From assembly GCA_036336595.1 (NCBI GenBank), contig JAYZFV010000032.1, forward strand, positions 1-62,238: DNA of 62,238 bases, read 5' to 3'. Source of the DNA: Thermoplasmatota archaeon (lineage in GTDB: Archaea; Thermoplasmatota; Poseidoniia; Poseidoniales; Thalassarchaeaceae). The position numbers and the translations under genes were made by a program. The notes below the pieces were generated by a model. It did no database searches and was not told the origin of the DNA. It saw only the letters and a list, made by a program, of their open reading frames with translations. This document shows, in pieces, positions 43,380-53,503 of this stretch (the stretch's first letter is position 1; the number at the start of each line of letters is the position of its first letter).

Positions 43380-43392
43380 GGGGAACGCCGCG

Positions 43393-43896
43393 CTAGCCCT
43401 CGACGCAATCCAATGTAGCCATTTCTACGCTGGACATGTGGTCGACGAAGCGCTTGACCCTGTCGTCGTTCACCCCAAGATCACCAACCCCCAGCCTCGA
43501 CTTGGAGTAGACTTGGAGGACTGCGTCCCCCTCGTCGCAGAACCCGTAGACGACGAAGTCGTCCGGAAATCTCCATAATAGGGACCTGAATACCGCATGG
43601 GTCTGCTCTGGCCACTCTCCGATGATTTCAGTCCTTGGCTCTGAGTCGACCCAAGACCCAACCTCCCCCATTACAATCCCTAGGCTCGAATCGAATCTCA
43701 ACTCCGTGAGACCCTCCCCTCGGTGGGGATCAGGGCCGATCATGGTGCAGTTCTTCGAGTTGTCGGGGCACGAGGTTGGGAAGGCACTAGGCTTGATCGG
43801 TACGTCGGGCGCCATCACCTGAATAGAAGCCACAGCAATTAGGTAGATTGCGACGAGACCTCCGGAGAATGCAGCAGCGCGCCTTCTGTCGGTCAT
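43393..43896 (-). CDS. Hypothetical membrane-anchored protein (DUF1499-like C-terminus)
   Basis: N-terminal TM (FSGGLVAIYLIAVASIQVM). The C-terminal SKSRLGVGDLGVNDDRVKRF resembles the DUF1499 S-R-x-G-x-S-D-x-G-V-N motif. Weak assignment. Confidence 0.45.
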   Translation of the reverse strand: MTDRRRAAAFSGGLVAIYLIAVASIQVMAPDVPIKPSAFPTSCPDNSKNCTMIGPDPHRGEGLTELRFDSSLGIVMGEVGSWVDSEPRTEIIGEWPEQTHAVFRSLLWRFPDDFVVYGFCDEGDAVLQVYSKSRLGVGDLGVNDDRVKRFVDHMSSVEMATLDCVEG

Positions 43897-44396
43897 GACT
43901 CACCTTCGGCTACGATGACCCTAGCCGCCCTGAGTACGCGGTCGTGGAACGTGTAACCCTGTTCGATGACTTCGATGACGCTGCCTGGCTGTGACCCCTC
44001 CGGTCCTGGAACAGTGGCGATAGCCTCCATGCAAGTTGGATCGAAAGGCTTTCCAGCGGCCTCGATCAGACTCGCGCCCTCCGCTTCGAGGGCGGAACTG
44101 ATGCCATCGAGGGTCATTCTTACGCCCTCGATGACTGACTCGGCCCCGTTTTCCCCCTCCTCGGCGGACTCTAGGGCTTTGCTGAGGCTGTCGACCATCG
44201 GCAGCAGTCGCCTGGCTAGTGAGGCACCACCATACCTGATTGCCTCTGAGCGGTCCCTAGCGGCCCTCTGACGCGCATTGGCGACCTCGGCGTTGGCGTA
44301 TTGGATCTCCTTCTCGAGCTCGGCCAATCGCCCCTCCAAATCGGCATCCTCGACATCCTCGGCCTCAGGGGCCTCATCCGAACCCTCCTCTGACAC
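43893..44396 (-). CDS. grpE: GrpE nucleotide-exchange factor
   Basis: Coiled coil LEGRLAELEKEIQYANAEVANARQRAARDR, LLPMVDSLSKAL, GKPFDPTCMEAIA, VIEQGYTFHDRVLRAARV. The start is uncertain: GTG 44396 avoids overlap with ABCE1, while the ATG at 44534 would overlap it by 95 nt. Confidence 0.8.
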   Translation of the reverse strand: MSEEGSDEAPEAEDVEDADLEGRLAELEKEIQYANAEVANARQRAARDRSEAIRYGGASLARRLLPMVDSLSKALESAEEGENGAESVIEGVRMTLDGISSALEAEGASLIEAAGKPFDPTCMEAIATVPGPEGSQPGSVIEVIEQGYTFHDRVLRAARVIVAEGES

Positions 44397-44439
44397 GGAC
44401 GTGGGTTCGAAGCACCACTCAAGAATCCGATGGTCGGAG

Positions 44440-46257
44440 TCAGTCTGCGTAGAAGTATTCGCCAGCTGCCTTCTGCTCGCGGTCCTTGCGGCTCGACGGC
44501 TTGTTGATGCGGGGGCGGTGGGACTCCAGATCACGACGGAAGGTGACGTCGACGTCTGACAGGAAGAGATTCATCCCCTCACGCAGGGAAAGGGGGCCCA
44601 CGGCGTGGCCGTGCTTGCCGCCCTCCCCCTGGAAGACCAGAAGGGAGTCGCTGACGATATCGATGAAGTAAGTGTCGTGGTCAATCACCATGGCAGCCTT
44701 CTCGTTGCTCTCCATAGTCCTCCGGATCGCCTTCGCCGCCTCCATCCTAGCATTGGCGTCAAGAAACGCGCTAGGCTCGTCGAACAGGTAAAGGTCGGCC
44801 TCCTTACCGAGGCAAATCGCGATGCTAACGGCTTGCATCTCGCCACCTGAGAGCTTCTTGGCCCTGAGCTCGAGCAACTGGTCGACCTGCAGTGTACGGA
44901 TGACTTGGGTGTGGAACTCGCCTGACCTCCAAGAGACGCCGATCTCGCTGTCCAGCCACTCCATCACCGTTCCCTCGAAGTCGGTGCTGACATGCTGTGG
45001 CTTGTAGGAGACTTCGGAGTCCATGGTGCACCATCCCTGATCTGGTTCCATTTCGCCGGCGATCATCCTCACCATGGTCGTCTTCCCAGTCGAATTGGGG
45101 CCGACGACGCCGACCACCTCCGCGGACCTCACTTGCCCCTCACCGGTCGTGAGCTCGAACTCGCCGAGTGTCTTCTCCATGTCCCCCCAACGAAGCATCG
45201 CCTGACCGAGCCCCTCGCCCCTCACTCGGCCCTTCAGGAACTGGATGGGCTTGTCTCGGATGCGGATGTTCTCTTCGGGGAGGAAACCATCCAGATAGGC
45301 GTTGATCGCGGTTCTGGTCGATCTTGCGGGAGTGAAAATCCCGTAGGCAGCTCGCTCGCCGTAGACGATGTGGACCAGGTCGCAGAGGACGTCCAGGATA
45401 GCGAGGTCGTGCTCGACAACGATTGCCCTCTTGCCTCGCTCGGCGAGATCCTGGATTATGCGGACGATTCGCATCCTCTCGTGGATGTCGAGGTAGGACG
45501 AGGGCTCGTCGAAGAAGTAGACGTCGGCCTCCTTCAGCAAGGTGGCGCATATGGCGACCCTCTGTAGCTCCCCGCCCGAGAGTGACTGGAGGTCGCGATC
45601 GAGGATGTGTTCGATAGTGAGCGCTTCGGCGTATGATGCCGCCTCACCGCGTTCGTCAACTCTCTCCAGCAGCTCCTTGACCAATCCGTCGAATATATCG
45701 GGCAGCTTGTCGACGTACTGCGGCTTGACGGCCACGGTGGCTTGCTCCTCGGAGACCAGTGCGAGGTAGTCCCTCAGCTCGCCCCTAGGGAACGAAGGCA
45801 GAATCTCCTCCCAAGCCTTCGAGCTCGAGGTCCAGTCCCCCAGATTGGGCCTGATGGTCCCGGAAAGGAGGTTGATTGCCGTGGACTTCCCCATCCCATT
45901 AGGTCCCAAGACCCCGACCACCCTCTCCTCTCGAGGTGCTGGGAGGCGGAATAGGCGGAAGCCGTTCTCGCCATAGCGATGGATCATCTCCCCTTCCAGC
46001 TCACCTGGGAGATTTGTGATTATGAGAGCGTCGAAGGGACACTTGTTGACGCAGATGCCGCAGCCAATGCACAGTGGCTCTGAGACGATCGGCTTGCCGG
46101 TGTCGTCGTCGAACACTATGCACTCTATGCCGTTGCGGACTGGGGGGCAGAAGGCCCAGCATTCCGCGTTGCACTTCTTAGGTTGGCAACGATCCTCGAG
46201 AAGAACGGCCACCCTCATGCTTCTTTCCCCCTGCGTTTCGCTCAATACATCTTCCAT
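44440..46257 (-). CDS. abce1: ABCE1 / RNase L inhibitor-type ribosome recycling ATPase
   Basis: N-terminal Fe-S domain (CQPKKCNAECWAFCP; CIGCGICVNKCP). Two ABC cassettes (GPNGMGKST / LSGGELQRV; GPNSTGKTT / LSGGEMQAV). Confidence 0.93.
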   Translation of the reverse strand: MEDVLSETQGERSMRVAVLLEDRCQPKKCNAECWAFCPPVRNGIECIVFDDDTGKPIVSEPLCIGCGICVNKCPFDALIITNLPGELEGEMIHRYGENGFRLFRLPAPREERVVGVLGPNGMGKSTAINLLSGTIRPNLGDWTSSSKAWEEILPSFPRGELRDYLALVSEEQATVAVKPQYVDKLPDIFDGLVKELLERVDERGEAASYAEALTIEHILDRDLQSLSGGELQRVAICATLLKEADVYFFDEPSSYLDIHERMRIVRIIQDLAERGKRAIVVEHDLAILDVLCDLVHIVYGERAAYGIFTPARSTRTAINAYLDGFLPEENIRIRDKPIQFLKGRVRGEGLGQAMLRWGDMEKTLGEFELTTGEGQVRSAEVVGVVGPNSTGKTTMVRMIAGEMEPDQGWCTMDSEVSYKPQHVSTDFEGTVMEWLDSEIGVSWRSGEFHTQVIRTLQVDQLLELRAKKLSGGEMQAVSIAICLGKEADLYLFDEPSAFLDANARMEAAKAIRRTMESNEKAAMVIDHDTYFIDIVSDSLLVFQGEGGKHGHAVGPLSLREGMNLFLSDVDVTFRRDLESHRPRINKPSSRKDREQKAAGEYFYAD

Positions 46258-46286
46258 GCGGCTTCCCGGAGGCAGCCGCTTTTCGC

Positions 46287-47561
46287 TCAGAGGCCGAGGA
46301 ACCGGAACCTCACATACACGTATGCTGCCAATAGCATCTTCTCGGTCTTCGACAGCTGGACTCTCGCAGTGAACACATCGCCATCGCGCTTGATGATCTT
46401 CTTCATGATCGACTGATAGAAGAATGTCATCGCCGCAGGAGAGTAGCGGGACGATTTGTCGAGCAGGGGGAGCAGCTTGAACGCCCGCTCTCTGTAGCCG
46501 TCTGCACGCTCAAGGTACTCCTTGACGAACGGGGTCCATCCGGGGTGGTCCATCAGCGCCTTTCCACTCTTGACGTCCTCCTCGGTGATGCCCCAGCGGG
46601 CGAGGTCCTCGAGGGGCAGGTAGATTCTGTCACGCTCAGCGTCCTCGGCGACGTCGCGGATGATGTTGACCAGTTGCATAAACACGCCCCAGGACTCCGC
46701 GGACTCGCGCGCTCGTGGGTCGTCGTAGCCGTAGATCTCTATGCAGACCAGCCCCACTGTCGAAGCTACCCTGTAGCAGTAAGAATAGAGGTCCTCGAAG
46801 GTTTGGTACCTATTTCGGTGGAAGTCGTTCTCCATCCCGCTGATCATGTCGTCCAGGAGCTGGCGGTGGATGCCAAACGTCCTCACAGTATCCTTGATTG
46901 CGATGAAGATCGGGTCGGTGGAGGTTATGTCCCCATAGGCCGTTGACAGTTTCTTCCTGTAGTAGAAGAGCTGTGACATCTTGTCGTTGTAGGTCGATCG
47001 GTCGAGAACCGGCTTCCCGGGGCTGAGGCGCTCGATCTTGGCTCGGTAATCCACTGACTCCGGATCGTCTGAGGAGCCTCCGGGGAAGACGTCTACGTAG
47101 TCCCCATCGGCGATGTCGTCGGCCCTCCGGCAGAATGCGTAGTAAGCCATGATGGCACGACGCTCCGTTTCTGGTAGATACTTGAACGAGTGGTAGAAGT
47201 TGCCGGCCTCCCTCCGGGTCAGCTCCTCGCAGTACTCGTAGGCCGTTTCGATCATGTGGTCGGGGACGTCGGGTTCGGTCCAGATGGCGGCATCGATGTG
47301 CCTGAACGGGTTGACCAGTTCCCCCCGTGAGCCGATGACGCCCATGAAGAGGGCCCCCTCGCGCACTGCCTCGAGCGCGGTGATGCTGATGGCGTGTGCA
47401 GCTTCCTTGGTCATGTCAACTGCGGCCCTGATCCTGTCGATGGGTTGGTCGGCATCGTCGAAATCGCCGACGTAGGGGCTCCGCTGAAGCCCGTCATCGG
47501 GCATGTCGGCGACCCGGGTGTCCTGACTCTGTGCCATAGCGTTCCCGAAATCGGGCGGCAA
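46287..47561 (-). CDS. Phytoene/presqualene-diphosphate synthase family protein (CrtB/HpnD-like)
   Basis: YEYCEELTRREAGNFYHSFKYLPETERRAIMAYYAFCRRADDIADG (first Asp-rich motif) and IIRDVAEDAERDRIYLP (second). About 100 aa of N-terminal extension if ATG 47561 is used; ATG 47255 would give a canonical length. Confidence 0.83.
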   Translation of the reverse strand: MPPDFGNAMAQSQDTRVADMPDDGLQRSPYVGDFDDADQPIDRIRAAVDMTKEAAHAISITALEAVREGALFMGVIGSRGELVNPFRHIDAAIWTEPDVPDHMIETAYEYCEELTRREAGNFYHSFKYLPETERRAIMAYYAFCRRADDIADGDYVDVFPGGSSDDPESVDYRAKIERLSPGKPVLDRSTYNDKMSQLFYYRKKLSTAYGDITSTDPIFIAIKDTVRTFGIHRQLLDDMISGMENDFHRNRYQTFEDLYSYCYRVASTVGLVCIEIYGYDDPRARESAESWGVFMQLVNIIRDVAEDAERDRIYLPLEDLARWGITEEDVKSGKALMDHPGWTPFVKEYLERADGYRERAFKLLPLLDKSSRYSPAAMTFFYQSIMKKIIKRDGDVFTARVQLSKTEKMLLAAYVYVRFRFLGL

Positions 47562-47639
47562 CGCGTTCCACTTGAATGTCTCCCGAGTGCGATTGCGGGG
47601 AGCGTCGAATTTCTGACTAGCCCATCAGACGGACTCGCG

Positions 47640-48686
47640 CTAGACGTTGCGATTGGAGTCAAGGAGCTTCTGACTTCGTCGGACAGAGGGCAGGGCAAGG
47701 AGGGTTCTTCTCCTCAGTCGCTTGATTTCAGGCCGCATGACCTTGATGCGCCTCTCAGAGTCCAGGACGTTCTGATCGCGCAGAAGCGCCAGCGTTAGTT
47801 GGCCAATGAGCACCGGCATCATGCACGCTCCGCGCAATCGGAATTGCCCGTGGGGCAGCAGGCCGATGTACTCGACCGCGGAATCCAGGTGAGCGGATGC
47901 TTTGTCGATGTAGCCATCGAACAAAGTTCGGAAACGGTCGATGGACCCCGATTCGAGCAGGTCGCGCGGTGACAAGCCGTGCTCGGACAGCGCTTCGCTC
48001 GGCAGATAGCAACGTCCCAATCGGAGATCCTCCGGGACATCGCGCAGGATGTTGATCAGTTGCAGCGCCTTACCGAACCTCACACCAGTCTCGTACAACT
48101 GCGCCTTGGTTTCGGCATCGGCCTCGAACAGGTGCTCTAGGGACATGTGGGTCCAGAACTCGCCGACGCTACCAGCGACACGATAGGTGTAATCGTCGAG
48201 TTCCTCATCTTTAGCGAGCGCGATGATGGCTTCGCCGCTGGCGTCTGCGAAGCGTCTTAGATCGAGGCTCTGACCGCTGATGATGATGTCGAGGCAGTGT
48301 CGTATGCGCTGTTGATCGACGGAGGGGAACCGCTTGATGCAGTCCACGGACGAGGTGATGCTATCCAGTAGCTTCGCTTCGTCGGGGTTGCTCTGGAGAC
48401 GGGCCAGGGTGGAGAGGTCGGGCAGCGTGGTAGAGCGCTCCTGAATCCGTTCGTTGAACTGCTCAAGAGCCTGCAGTCGCTGGTCAGACGGGCCGTCCTC
48501 CGAATCAGCGATAGTGTCGGATGTGCGGGCCAGAAGGTAGAGCAAGCCGACCTGGGGCCGGATGCCGGAAGGCAGTTCCTTGAGGGTGAGGTAGAACGAG
48601 CGCGACGTCCCTTCCAGAATCGAGTCGAGTTCGGGGTCTAACAGCTCGGGCATGAAACCACTACCTCGGCCACGCGGGTGGCTCAC
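47640..48686 (-). CDS. Squalene/phytoene synthase family protein (SQS/HpnC-like)
   Basis: SRSFYLTLKELPSGIRPQVGLLYLLARTSDTIADS and ILRDVPEDLRLGRCYLP (both DxxxD-type motifs). Confidence 0.8.
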   Translation of the reverse strand: MSHPRGRGSGFMPELLDPELDSILEGTSRSFYLTLKELPSGIRPQVGLLYLLARTSDTIADSEDGPSDQRLQALEQFNERIQERSTTLPDLSTLARLQSNPDEAKLLDSITSSVDCIKRFPSVDQQRIRHCLDIIISGQSLDLRRFADASGEAIIALAKDEELDDYTYRVAGSVGEFWTHMSLEHLFEADAETKAQLYETGVRFGKALQLINILRDVPEDLRLGRCYLPSEALSEHGLSPRDLLESGSIDRFRTLFDGYIDKASAHLDSAVEYIGLLPHGQFRLRGACMMPVLIGQLTLALLRDQNVLDSERRIKVMRPEIKRLRRRTLLALPSVRRSQKLLDSNRNV

Positions 48687-48688
48687 TC

Positions 48689-49618
48689 CTAAGACTCTCG
48701 CAGGCCCGCTTCGACCAGCACGCCAAGCAGGACCTCTCCGATTTTGGAAGGGTCCCTCGCGATATGTATTCCAGCTGCCTGGAAGGCAGCGAACTTCTCC
48801 TCAGCGGTCCCTTTCCCGCCCGAGATGATGGCACCAGCATGACCCATCCGCTTGCCTGGGGGGGCAGTGGCCCCGGCTACGAAGCCGATCAGTGGCTTGG
48901 AGAAATTGTCAGCGGCCCACAGGGCGGCATCCTCCTCGGCCGTGCCTCCGATCTCCCCGATCATGACAACGGCCTCTGTCTCTGAGTCCTGCTCGAAAGC
49001 AGCGAGGCAGTCGATGAAACCGGTCCCCGTAACCGGGTCGCCGCCGATTCCGACGCAGGTGGTCTGACCCTCGCCCACGCCCATCGTCTGGGCCACAGCC
49101 TCGTAGGTGAGCGTGCCAGACCTGGAGATGATGCCGATGCGCCCCTTAGCGTGGATGTATCCGGGCATGATGCCTACCTTGCAGCCACCGCTCTCGCCTG
49201 GGCTGATGATGCCAGGACAGTTGGGTCCGATGAGCCTGACTCCAGGCCTCTGATCGATGTGGGCAACCACCCGCACCATGTCCAGTGTGGGGATGCCCTC
49301 GCTGATGCAGATGACCAGGCCACCGCCGTTGAGCTCGTGGAAGGAGTCGGCGGCCTCCGTGATAGCAGAAGCGGCGAACCTGGCGGGCACGTAGATGACG
49401 CTGGCCTCCGCGCCGGTCTCGGAGATCGCCTCGGACATGGTGTCGTAGACGGGGACGGAGCGTCCCGGGAAGTCGACCGACTGGCCGCCCTTCCCCGGTG
49501 TGACCCCCCCGACGATGTCCGTGCCGTACTCGATCATCCTGGTGGCGTGGAACGTTCCCTGGCTGCCCGTGATTCCCTGCACCAGGACCTTGCTGTTCTC
49601 GTGGACCCATATGCTCAT
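48689..49618 (-). CDS. sucD: Succinyl-CoA synthetase alpha subunit
   Basis: [34 protein letters not shown], and phospho-His context [11 protein letters not shown]. Confidence 0.93.
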   Translation of the reverse strand: MSIWVHENSKVLVQGITGSQGTFHATRMIEYGTDIVGGVTPGKGGQSVDFPGRSVPVYDTMSEAISETGAEASVIYVPARFAASAITEAADSFHELNGGGLVICISEGIPTLDMVRVVAHIDQRPGVRLIGPNCPGIISPGESGGCKVGIMPGYIHAKGRIGIISRSGTLTYEAVAQTMGVGEGQTTCVGIGGDPVTGTGFIDCLAAFEQDSETEAVVMIGEIGGTAEEDAALWAADNFSKPLIGFVAGATAPPGKRMGHAGAIISGGKGTAEEKFAAFQAAGIHIARDPSKIGEVLLGVLVEAGLRES

Positions 49619-50826
49619 TGGGACGCACCTCCGATGAGCTTGACGATCGCCGCTCCCGCCTCCGAGAGAGTGCTTACTGTGACGACGTCCAAGTCGCAGT
49701 CGTCGAGGATTTGCTTGCCCTCCGAGTGGTTCGTTCCCGAGAAGCGAACTACGAGGGGGACGTTGAGGCCGATTTCATCGGACGCCTCTATGATGCTGCG
49801 AGCGACCATGTCGCATCGGATGATGCCGCCGAAGACGTTGACCAGGATCCCATCCAGACGGGGGTCCTCGAGAATGATCCCGAAGGCGGCGGTGATCGAT
49901 TCGCGGTCCGCTCCGCCGCCGATGTCGAGGAAGTTCGCCGGTTCGCCGCCGCAGAGCTTGATGACGTCCATCGTGGCCATAGCGAGGCCGGCGCCGTTGA
50001 CCAAGCAGCCTATGTTGCCTTCCAGGTCGACGTACGAGAGTCCGTGCTCGTGTGCTCGGATCTCGATGTCGGACTCCTCCGAGAGGTCACGCAAATCGGC
50101 GCGCCAAGGATGCCTGAATGAGGCGTTGTCATCGAAGCTGATCTTCGCGTCGAGAGCGACCATCGTGCCGTCCTCGGTCCTGACCAGCGGATTGATCTCG
50201 ATCATCGAGCAGTCCCTGTCGACGAATATCGATGCGAGCGCCCCTATCATCTCGACGAAGGATGCGTGAGCCGGTCCCGAGAGGCCCAACGAGTCTGCCA
50301 GCATGCCCTTCTGCTCGTCCTGCAGACCATCCAACGGGTCGATCCAAGCCTTGTGGATTGCCTCGGGATTGGTCTCGGCAACCTCCTCTAGGTCCACGCC
50401 ACCCTCGGTGGAGGCCATGATGAGGATCGAGGCCTCTTCGCGGTCGATGAGCAGGGCCAGGTAGTACTCGTGCGCGATGGCGCAGCCGGCCTCGACGTAG
50501 AGGTTGCTGACGAGCTTGCCGGATGGGCCGGTCTGTTTGGTCACCAGCTTGTGCCCGAGGATGTTCGAGGCGTACTCCTCGACGTCCTCGCGGGAGTACG
50601 CTACCTTCACCCCACCCTCCATGGCCATATCCCCCAAGTCGGGGTGGTACAGGTTTCCCTTGCCACGCCCGCCGGCGTGAATCTGGCTCTTGACGGCGAC
50701 CACCTTCGAGCCCAGCGAGTCATAGGCCGCGAGCGCCTGCTCGACGGTAGTGCAGTGCACGCCTTCCTGGACTGCGACCCCTACTTCCCTGAACAGGGCC
50801 TTGGCCTGGTACTCGTGGATGTTCAT
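49615..50826 (-). CDS. sucC: Succinyl-CoA synthetase beta subunit
   Basis: [53 protein letters not shown]. Overlaps sucD by 4 nt. ATG 50826 preferred over 50850. Confidence 0.93.
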   Translation of the reverse strand: MNIHEYQAKALFREVGVAVQEGVHCTTVEQALAAYDSLGSKVVAVKSQIHAGGRGKGNLYHPDLGDMAMEGGVKVAYSREDVEEYASNILGHKLVTKQTGPSGKLVSNLYVEAGCAIAHEYYLALLIDREEASILIMASTEGGVDLEEVAETNPEAIHKAWIDPLDGLQDEQKGMLADSLGLSGPAHASFVEMIGALASIFVDRDCSMIEINPLVRTEDGTMVALDAKISFDDNASFRHPWRADLRDLSEESDIEIRAHEHGLSYVDLEGNIGCLVNGAGLAMATMDVIKLCGGEPANFLDIGGGADRESITAAFGIILEDPRLDGILVNVFGGIIRCDMVARSIIEASDEIGLNVPLVVRFSGTNHSEGKQILDDCDLDVVTVSTLSEAGAAIVKLIGGASQ

Positions 50827-50926
50827 GCGACTCGGCCACTCGCACCACATCCTTGAACGATGCGCCCGGTCAGTTCCCTGACGAAAATCGCGAAGTGATG
50901 AAAGGGGGGACTACGTCCGTCTTGCC

Positions 50927-51889
50927 ATGGATGTGGTCGTACTCGCAGGCGGGTTCGGGACCAGGCTTCGGCCGTGGACGGACAGTATGCCCAAACCCCT
51001 GCTCCCTATTCTCGACAAGTCGATGATCGAGCACGTCGTGGCGGTCCTACCCGAGTCCCTGGTTGACCGGGTCCTGATTGCCGCTGGTTACGGGATAGAC
51101 CAGATGCGCGAGTACTTCTCGACGCTTAGCCTGCCATACGAGATGGTTATTGTGGAGGAAACTGAGCCTCTCGGAACTGGGGGCGCCATAGCGAACTGCA
51201 AGGATCACCTGTCCGGTGGGACCTTCTGCGTAATCAACGGCGACCTGATCACGAGCCTCCGAGTCGAGGAGATGCTCGAGGCTCACATCGCGAACGAGGG
51301 GGTTGCGACAATCTCTCTCTGGGAGGTGGAGGATCCATCGAGGTTCGGAGTCGCTGACTTCGACCCCGAGGAAGGCAAGATAAGGCGCTTCCAGGAAAAG
51401 CCGCCCAGGGAGGAGGCCTACTCTAACCTCATCAATGCAGGGACCTACATCCTGGAACCTGATATCTTCAAGCTCATGCCCGAAGGAGCCCACAGCATAG
51501 AACGGGACGTCTACGAGGACCTCGCAGAGATCGGGGGTCTCAACGGGTTCCCATTCGAGGGGTGGTTCGTCGATGCTGGCACCTCGGCCTCGTACATCGA
51601 AGCAGCTCAGGTGTGCATCGCCAACGATCGCTTCAGCAGCGGGACGGTCGAAGGCGACTCGTGGTTCGGCGGGGACACCGACATCGGGGGCGAAGTGTCC
51701 GGCAGTGTCATCGGCGCGGGCACGGGCATAGGCGAAGGGGCGTCTGTGCGCAATTCGGTGGTGCTCGGTGGTGCCACCATTGGTGAGGGTGCCAAGGTCG
51801 ACCGCTGCCTCGTCGGCCAGGGATCCAGCATCGCCGAGGGAGCTGTTCTGGCTGACACCATAGTGGGACACGGCGAACGCTTCGGATGA
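50927..51889 (+). CDS. Sugar-1-phosphate nucleotidyltransferase with a left-handed beta-helix tail
   Basis: VVVLAGGFGTRLRPWTDSMPKPLLPI N-terminal signature. The C-terminal region shows hexapeptide-like repeats (IGEGASVRNSVVLGGATIGEGAKV). Confidence 0.85.
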   Translation: MDVVVLAGGFGTRLRPWTDSMPKPLLPILDKSMIEHVVAVLPESLVDRVLIAAGYGIDQMREYFSTLSLPYEMVIVEETEPLGTGGAIANCKDHLSGGTFCVINGDLITSLRVEEMLEAHIANEGVATISLWEVEDPSRFGVADFDPEEGKIRRFQEKPPREEAYSNLINAGTYILEPDIFKLMPEGAHSIERDVYEDLAEIGGLNGFPFEGWFVDAGTSASYIEAAQVCIANDRFSSGTVEGDSWFGGDTDIGGEVSGSVIGAGTGIGEGASVRNSVVLGGATIGEGAKVDRCLVGQGSSIAEGAVLADTIVGHGERFG

Positions 51890-52596
51890 ATCTGCGCCGT
51901 CAGCGTCAAAGCAGCCCGACCACTCGCGTAAACGTGAGCGACTGCATCGTCGTTGTCAATTTCAAGACCTATCGGAGCGCGCATGGTGCCTCCGCGGAGG
52001 CTCTGGCACGAGCCATGGCTGGTATCGAGACCGAGGCGAGGCTGGTGGCCGCCGTTTCGTCCGTTGACCTCGCTGCCGTTGTGGAAGCGGCTCCGGGAAT
52101 CGAAGTCTGGTGCCAGCACCTCGACCCCATCCAATTCGGCTCGAACACCGGTTGGGTCCACCCAGCCACGGCCATCGAGCGTGGCGCTTCGGGCACGCTG
52201 ATCAACCACGCCGAGCACAAGGTCAGCCACGAGCACGTGGCCGCATTGCTCGAGCAGGTCCCAGATGGCTTCAGCGTGTGCGCTTGCGCCGCCGATGTCG
52301 ACGAGGCGAGGTCCCTGGCCGCGCTCGAACCGACATTCGTTGCTGTCGAACCCCCCGAGCTGATTGGTGGGGAGGTCTCGGTGACCAGTGCGGACCCGGG
52401 GATTGTCAGCGGCACCGCAGCGGCCGTCAGGGAGGTCTCCCAATCCGTTGGGATCCTGTGCGGTGCCGGGGTGAAGACCGGGGGCGATGTCGCCAAGGCC
52501 ATCGAGTTGGGGACCTCCGGAGTGCTGCTCGCTAGCGGGGTCACCAAGGCAGACGACCCGCGAGCCGCATTGCACGACCTTGTCTCGGAACTCTGA
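51886..52596 (+). CDS. tpiA: Triosephosphate isomerase (short archaeal type)
   Basis: VVVNFKTY, LINHAEHKV, VAVEPPELIG, GAGVKTGGDV..LGTSGVLLASGV. The start overlaps the upstream stop (ATGA). Confidence 0.88.
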   Translation: MNLRRQRQSSPTTRVNVSDCIVVVNFKTYRSAHGASAEALARAMAGIETEARLVAAVSSVDLAAVVEAAPGIEVWCQHLDPIQFGSNTGWVHPATAIERGASGTLINHAEHKVSHEHVAALLEQVPDGFSVCACAADVDEARSLAALEPTFVAVEPPELIGGEVSVTSADPGIVSGTAAAVREVSQSVGILCGAGVKTGGDVAKAIELGTSGVLLASGVTKADDPRAALHDLVSEL

Positions 52597-52680
52597 GCAA
52601 GGATGGTCGGGGCCACCAGGAAGGGCTTCGTATCCGACCACAGCCCTTTTGTCTTTGTCGGCAATCGGGGGTCGGTTACC

Positions 52681-53499
52681 ATGGGCGACGACAAGGACGG
52701 GAAACTCAATAGAATTGGCAAGAAGAAGTACAACGAGGAGCTATTCAGGCTCCAGCTCGACCTAATCAAACTGCAGGAGTGGGTCAAGGCGGAGGGGCTC
52801 AAGGTCGTCGTGATCTTCGAGGGCCGCGACGCAGCGGGCAAGGGCGGCGTCATCAAGCGCATAACCCAATACCTGAACCCGCGCGTCGCGCGGGTCGCCG
52901 CGCTACCAGCACCAACTGACAGACAGAAGACCGAGTGGTACTTCCAGCGCTACGTCAACCACCTGCCGGCGGCCGGGGAGATCGTGCTGTTCGATCGCAG
53001 CTGGTACAACCGCTCCGGAGTGGAGCGTGTGATGGGCTTCTGCACTGAAGACGAGTTCCGCGACTTCATGCGGTCCTGCCCGAATTTCGAGAGGATGCTG
53101 ATCAGGTCGGGGACGATCCTGATCAAGTACTGGTTCTCGGTGTCAGACGACGAGCAGCTCAAGAGGTTCAAGGCCAGGCTCGACGAGCCGCACAAGCGCT
53201 GGAAGCTGAGTCCGATGGACCTGGAGTCTCTGACCCGGTGGGAGGAATACTCGGAAGCGAAGGACATCATGTTCGCGCATACCGACACCAAGCAGGCCCC
53301 CTGGTACGTGGTCAACTCGGATATCAAGCGCCACGCCCACCTCAACTGCATCAGCCACTTCCTATCGATGGTCCCGCACGAGGACCTGACGCCATCGCCG
53401 ATCGAGCTGCCCGAGCGCAAGCAGGCCAAGGGCTACGTACGACCGCCGATGTCCGAGCAGACCTTCGTACCGAACCATCACGAGTCGCTCATGGACTGA
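52681..53499 (+). CDS. ppk2: Polyphosphate kinase 2 (PPK2)
   Basis: VVVIFEGRDAAGKGGVIKRI (Walker A), YFQRYVNHLPAAGEIVLFDRSWYNR, and lid KRWKLSPMD. ATG 52681 preferred over 52603. Confidence 0.88.
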   Translation: MGDDKDGKLNRIGKKKYNEELFRLQLDLIKLQEWVKAEGLKVVVIFEGRDAAGKGGVIKRITQYLNPRVARVAALPAPTDRQKTEWYFQRYVNHLPAAGEIVLFDRSWYNRSGVERVMGFCTEDEFRDFMRSCPNFERMLIRSGTILIKYWFSVSDDEQLKRFKARLDEPHKRWKLSPMDLESLTRWEEYSEAKDIMFAHTDTKQAPWYVVNSDIKRHAHLNCISHFLSMVPHEDLTPSPIELPERKQAKGYVRPPMSEQTFVPNHHESLMD

Positions 53500-53503
53500 G
53501 GAA

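Noticed and set aside
49151-52862. Long antisense or alternative-frame ORFs (49151..50269 +, 51047..51871 -, 51607..52641 -, 51969..52862 -). Similar ones elsewhere include 36525..37397 -, 39390..40175 +, 55327..56004 -, 58186..58857 - and 33586..34330 -.
   Set aside because: Each is antisense or out of frame to a gene with strong family signatures (sucCD, nucleotidyltransferase, TIM, the BoxB-like gene, the hydrolases, MMPL, FAH). Their translations are Arg/Pro/Gly/Ser-rich low-complexity sequence expected from stop-codon-poor GC-rich DNA.
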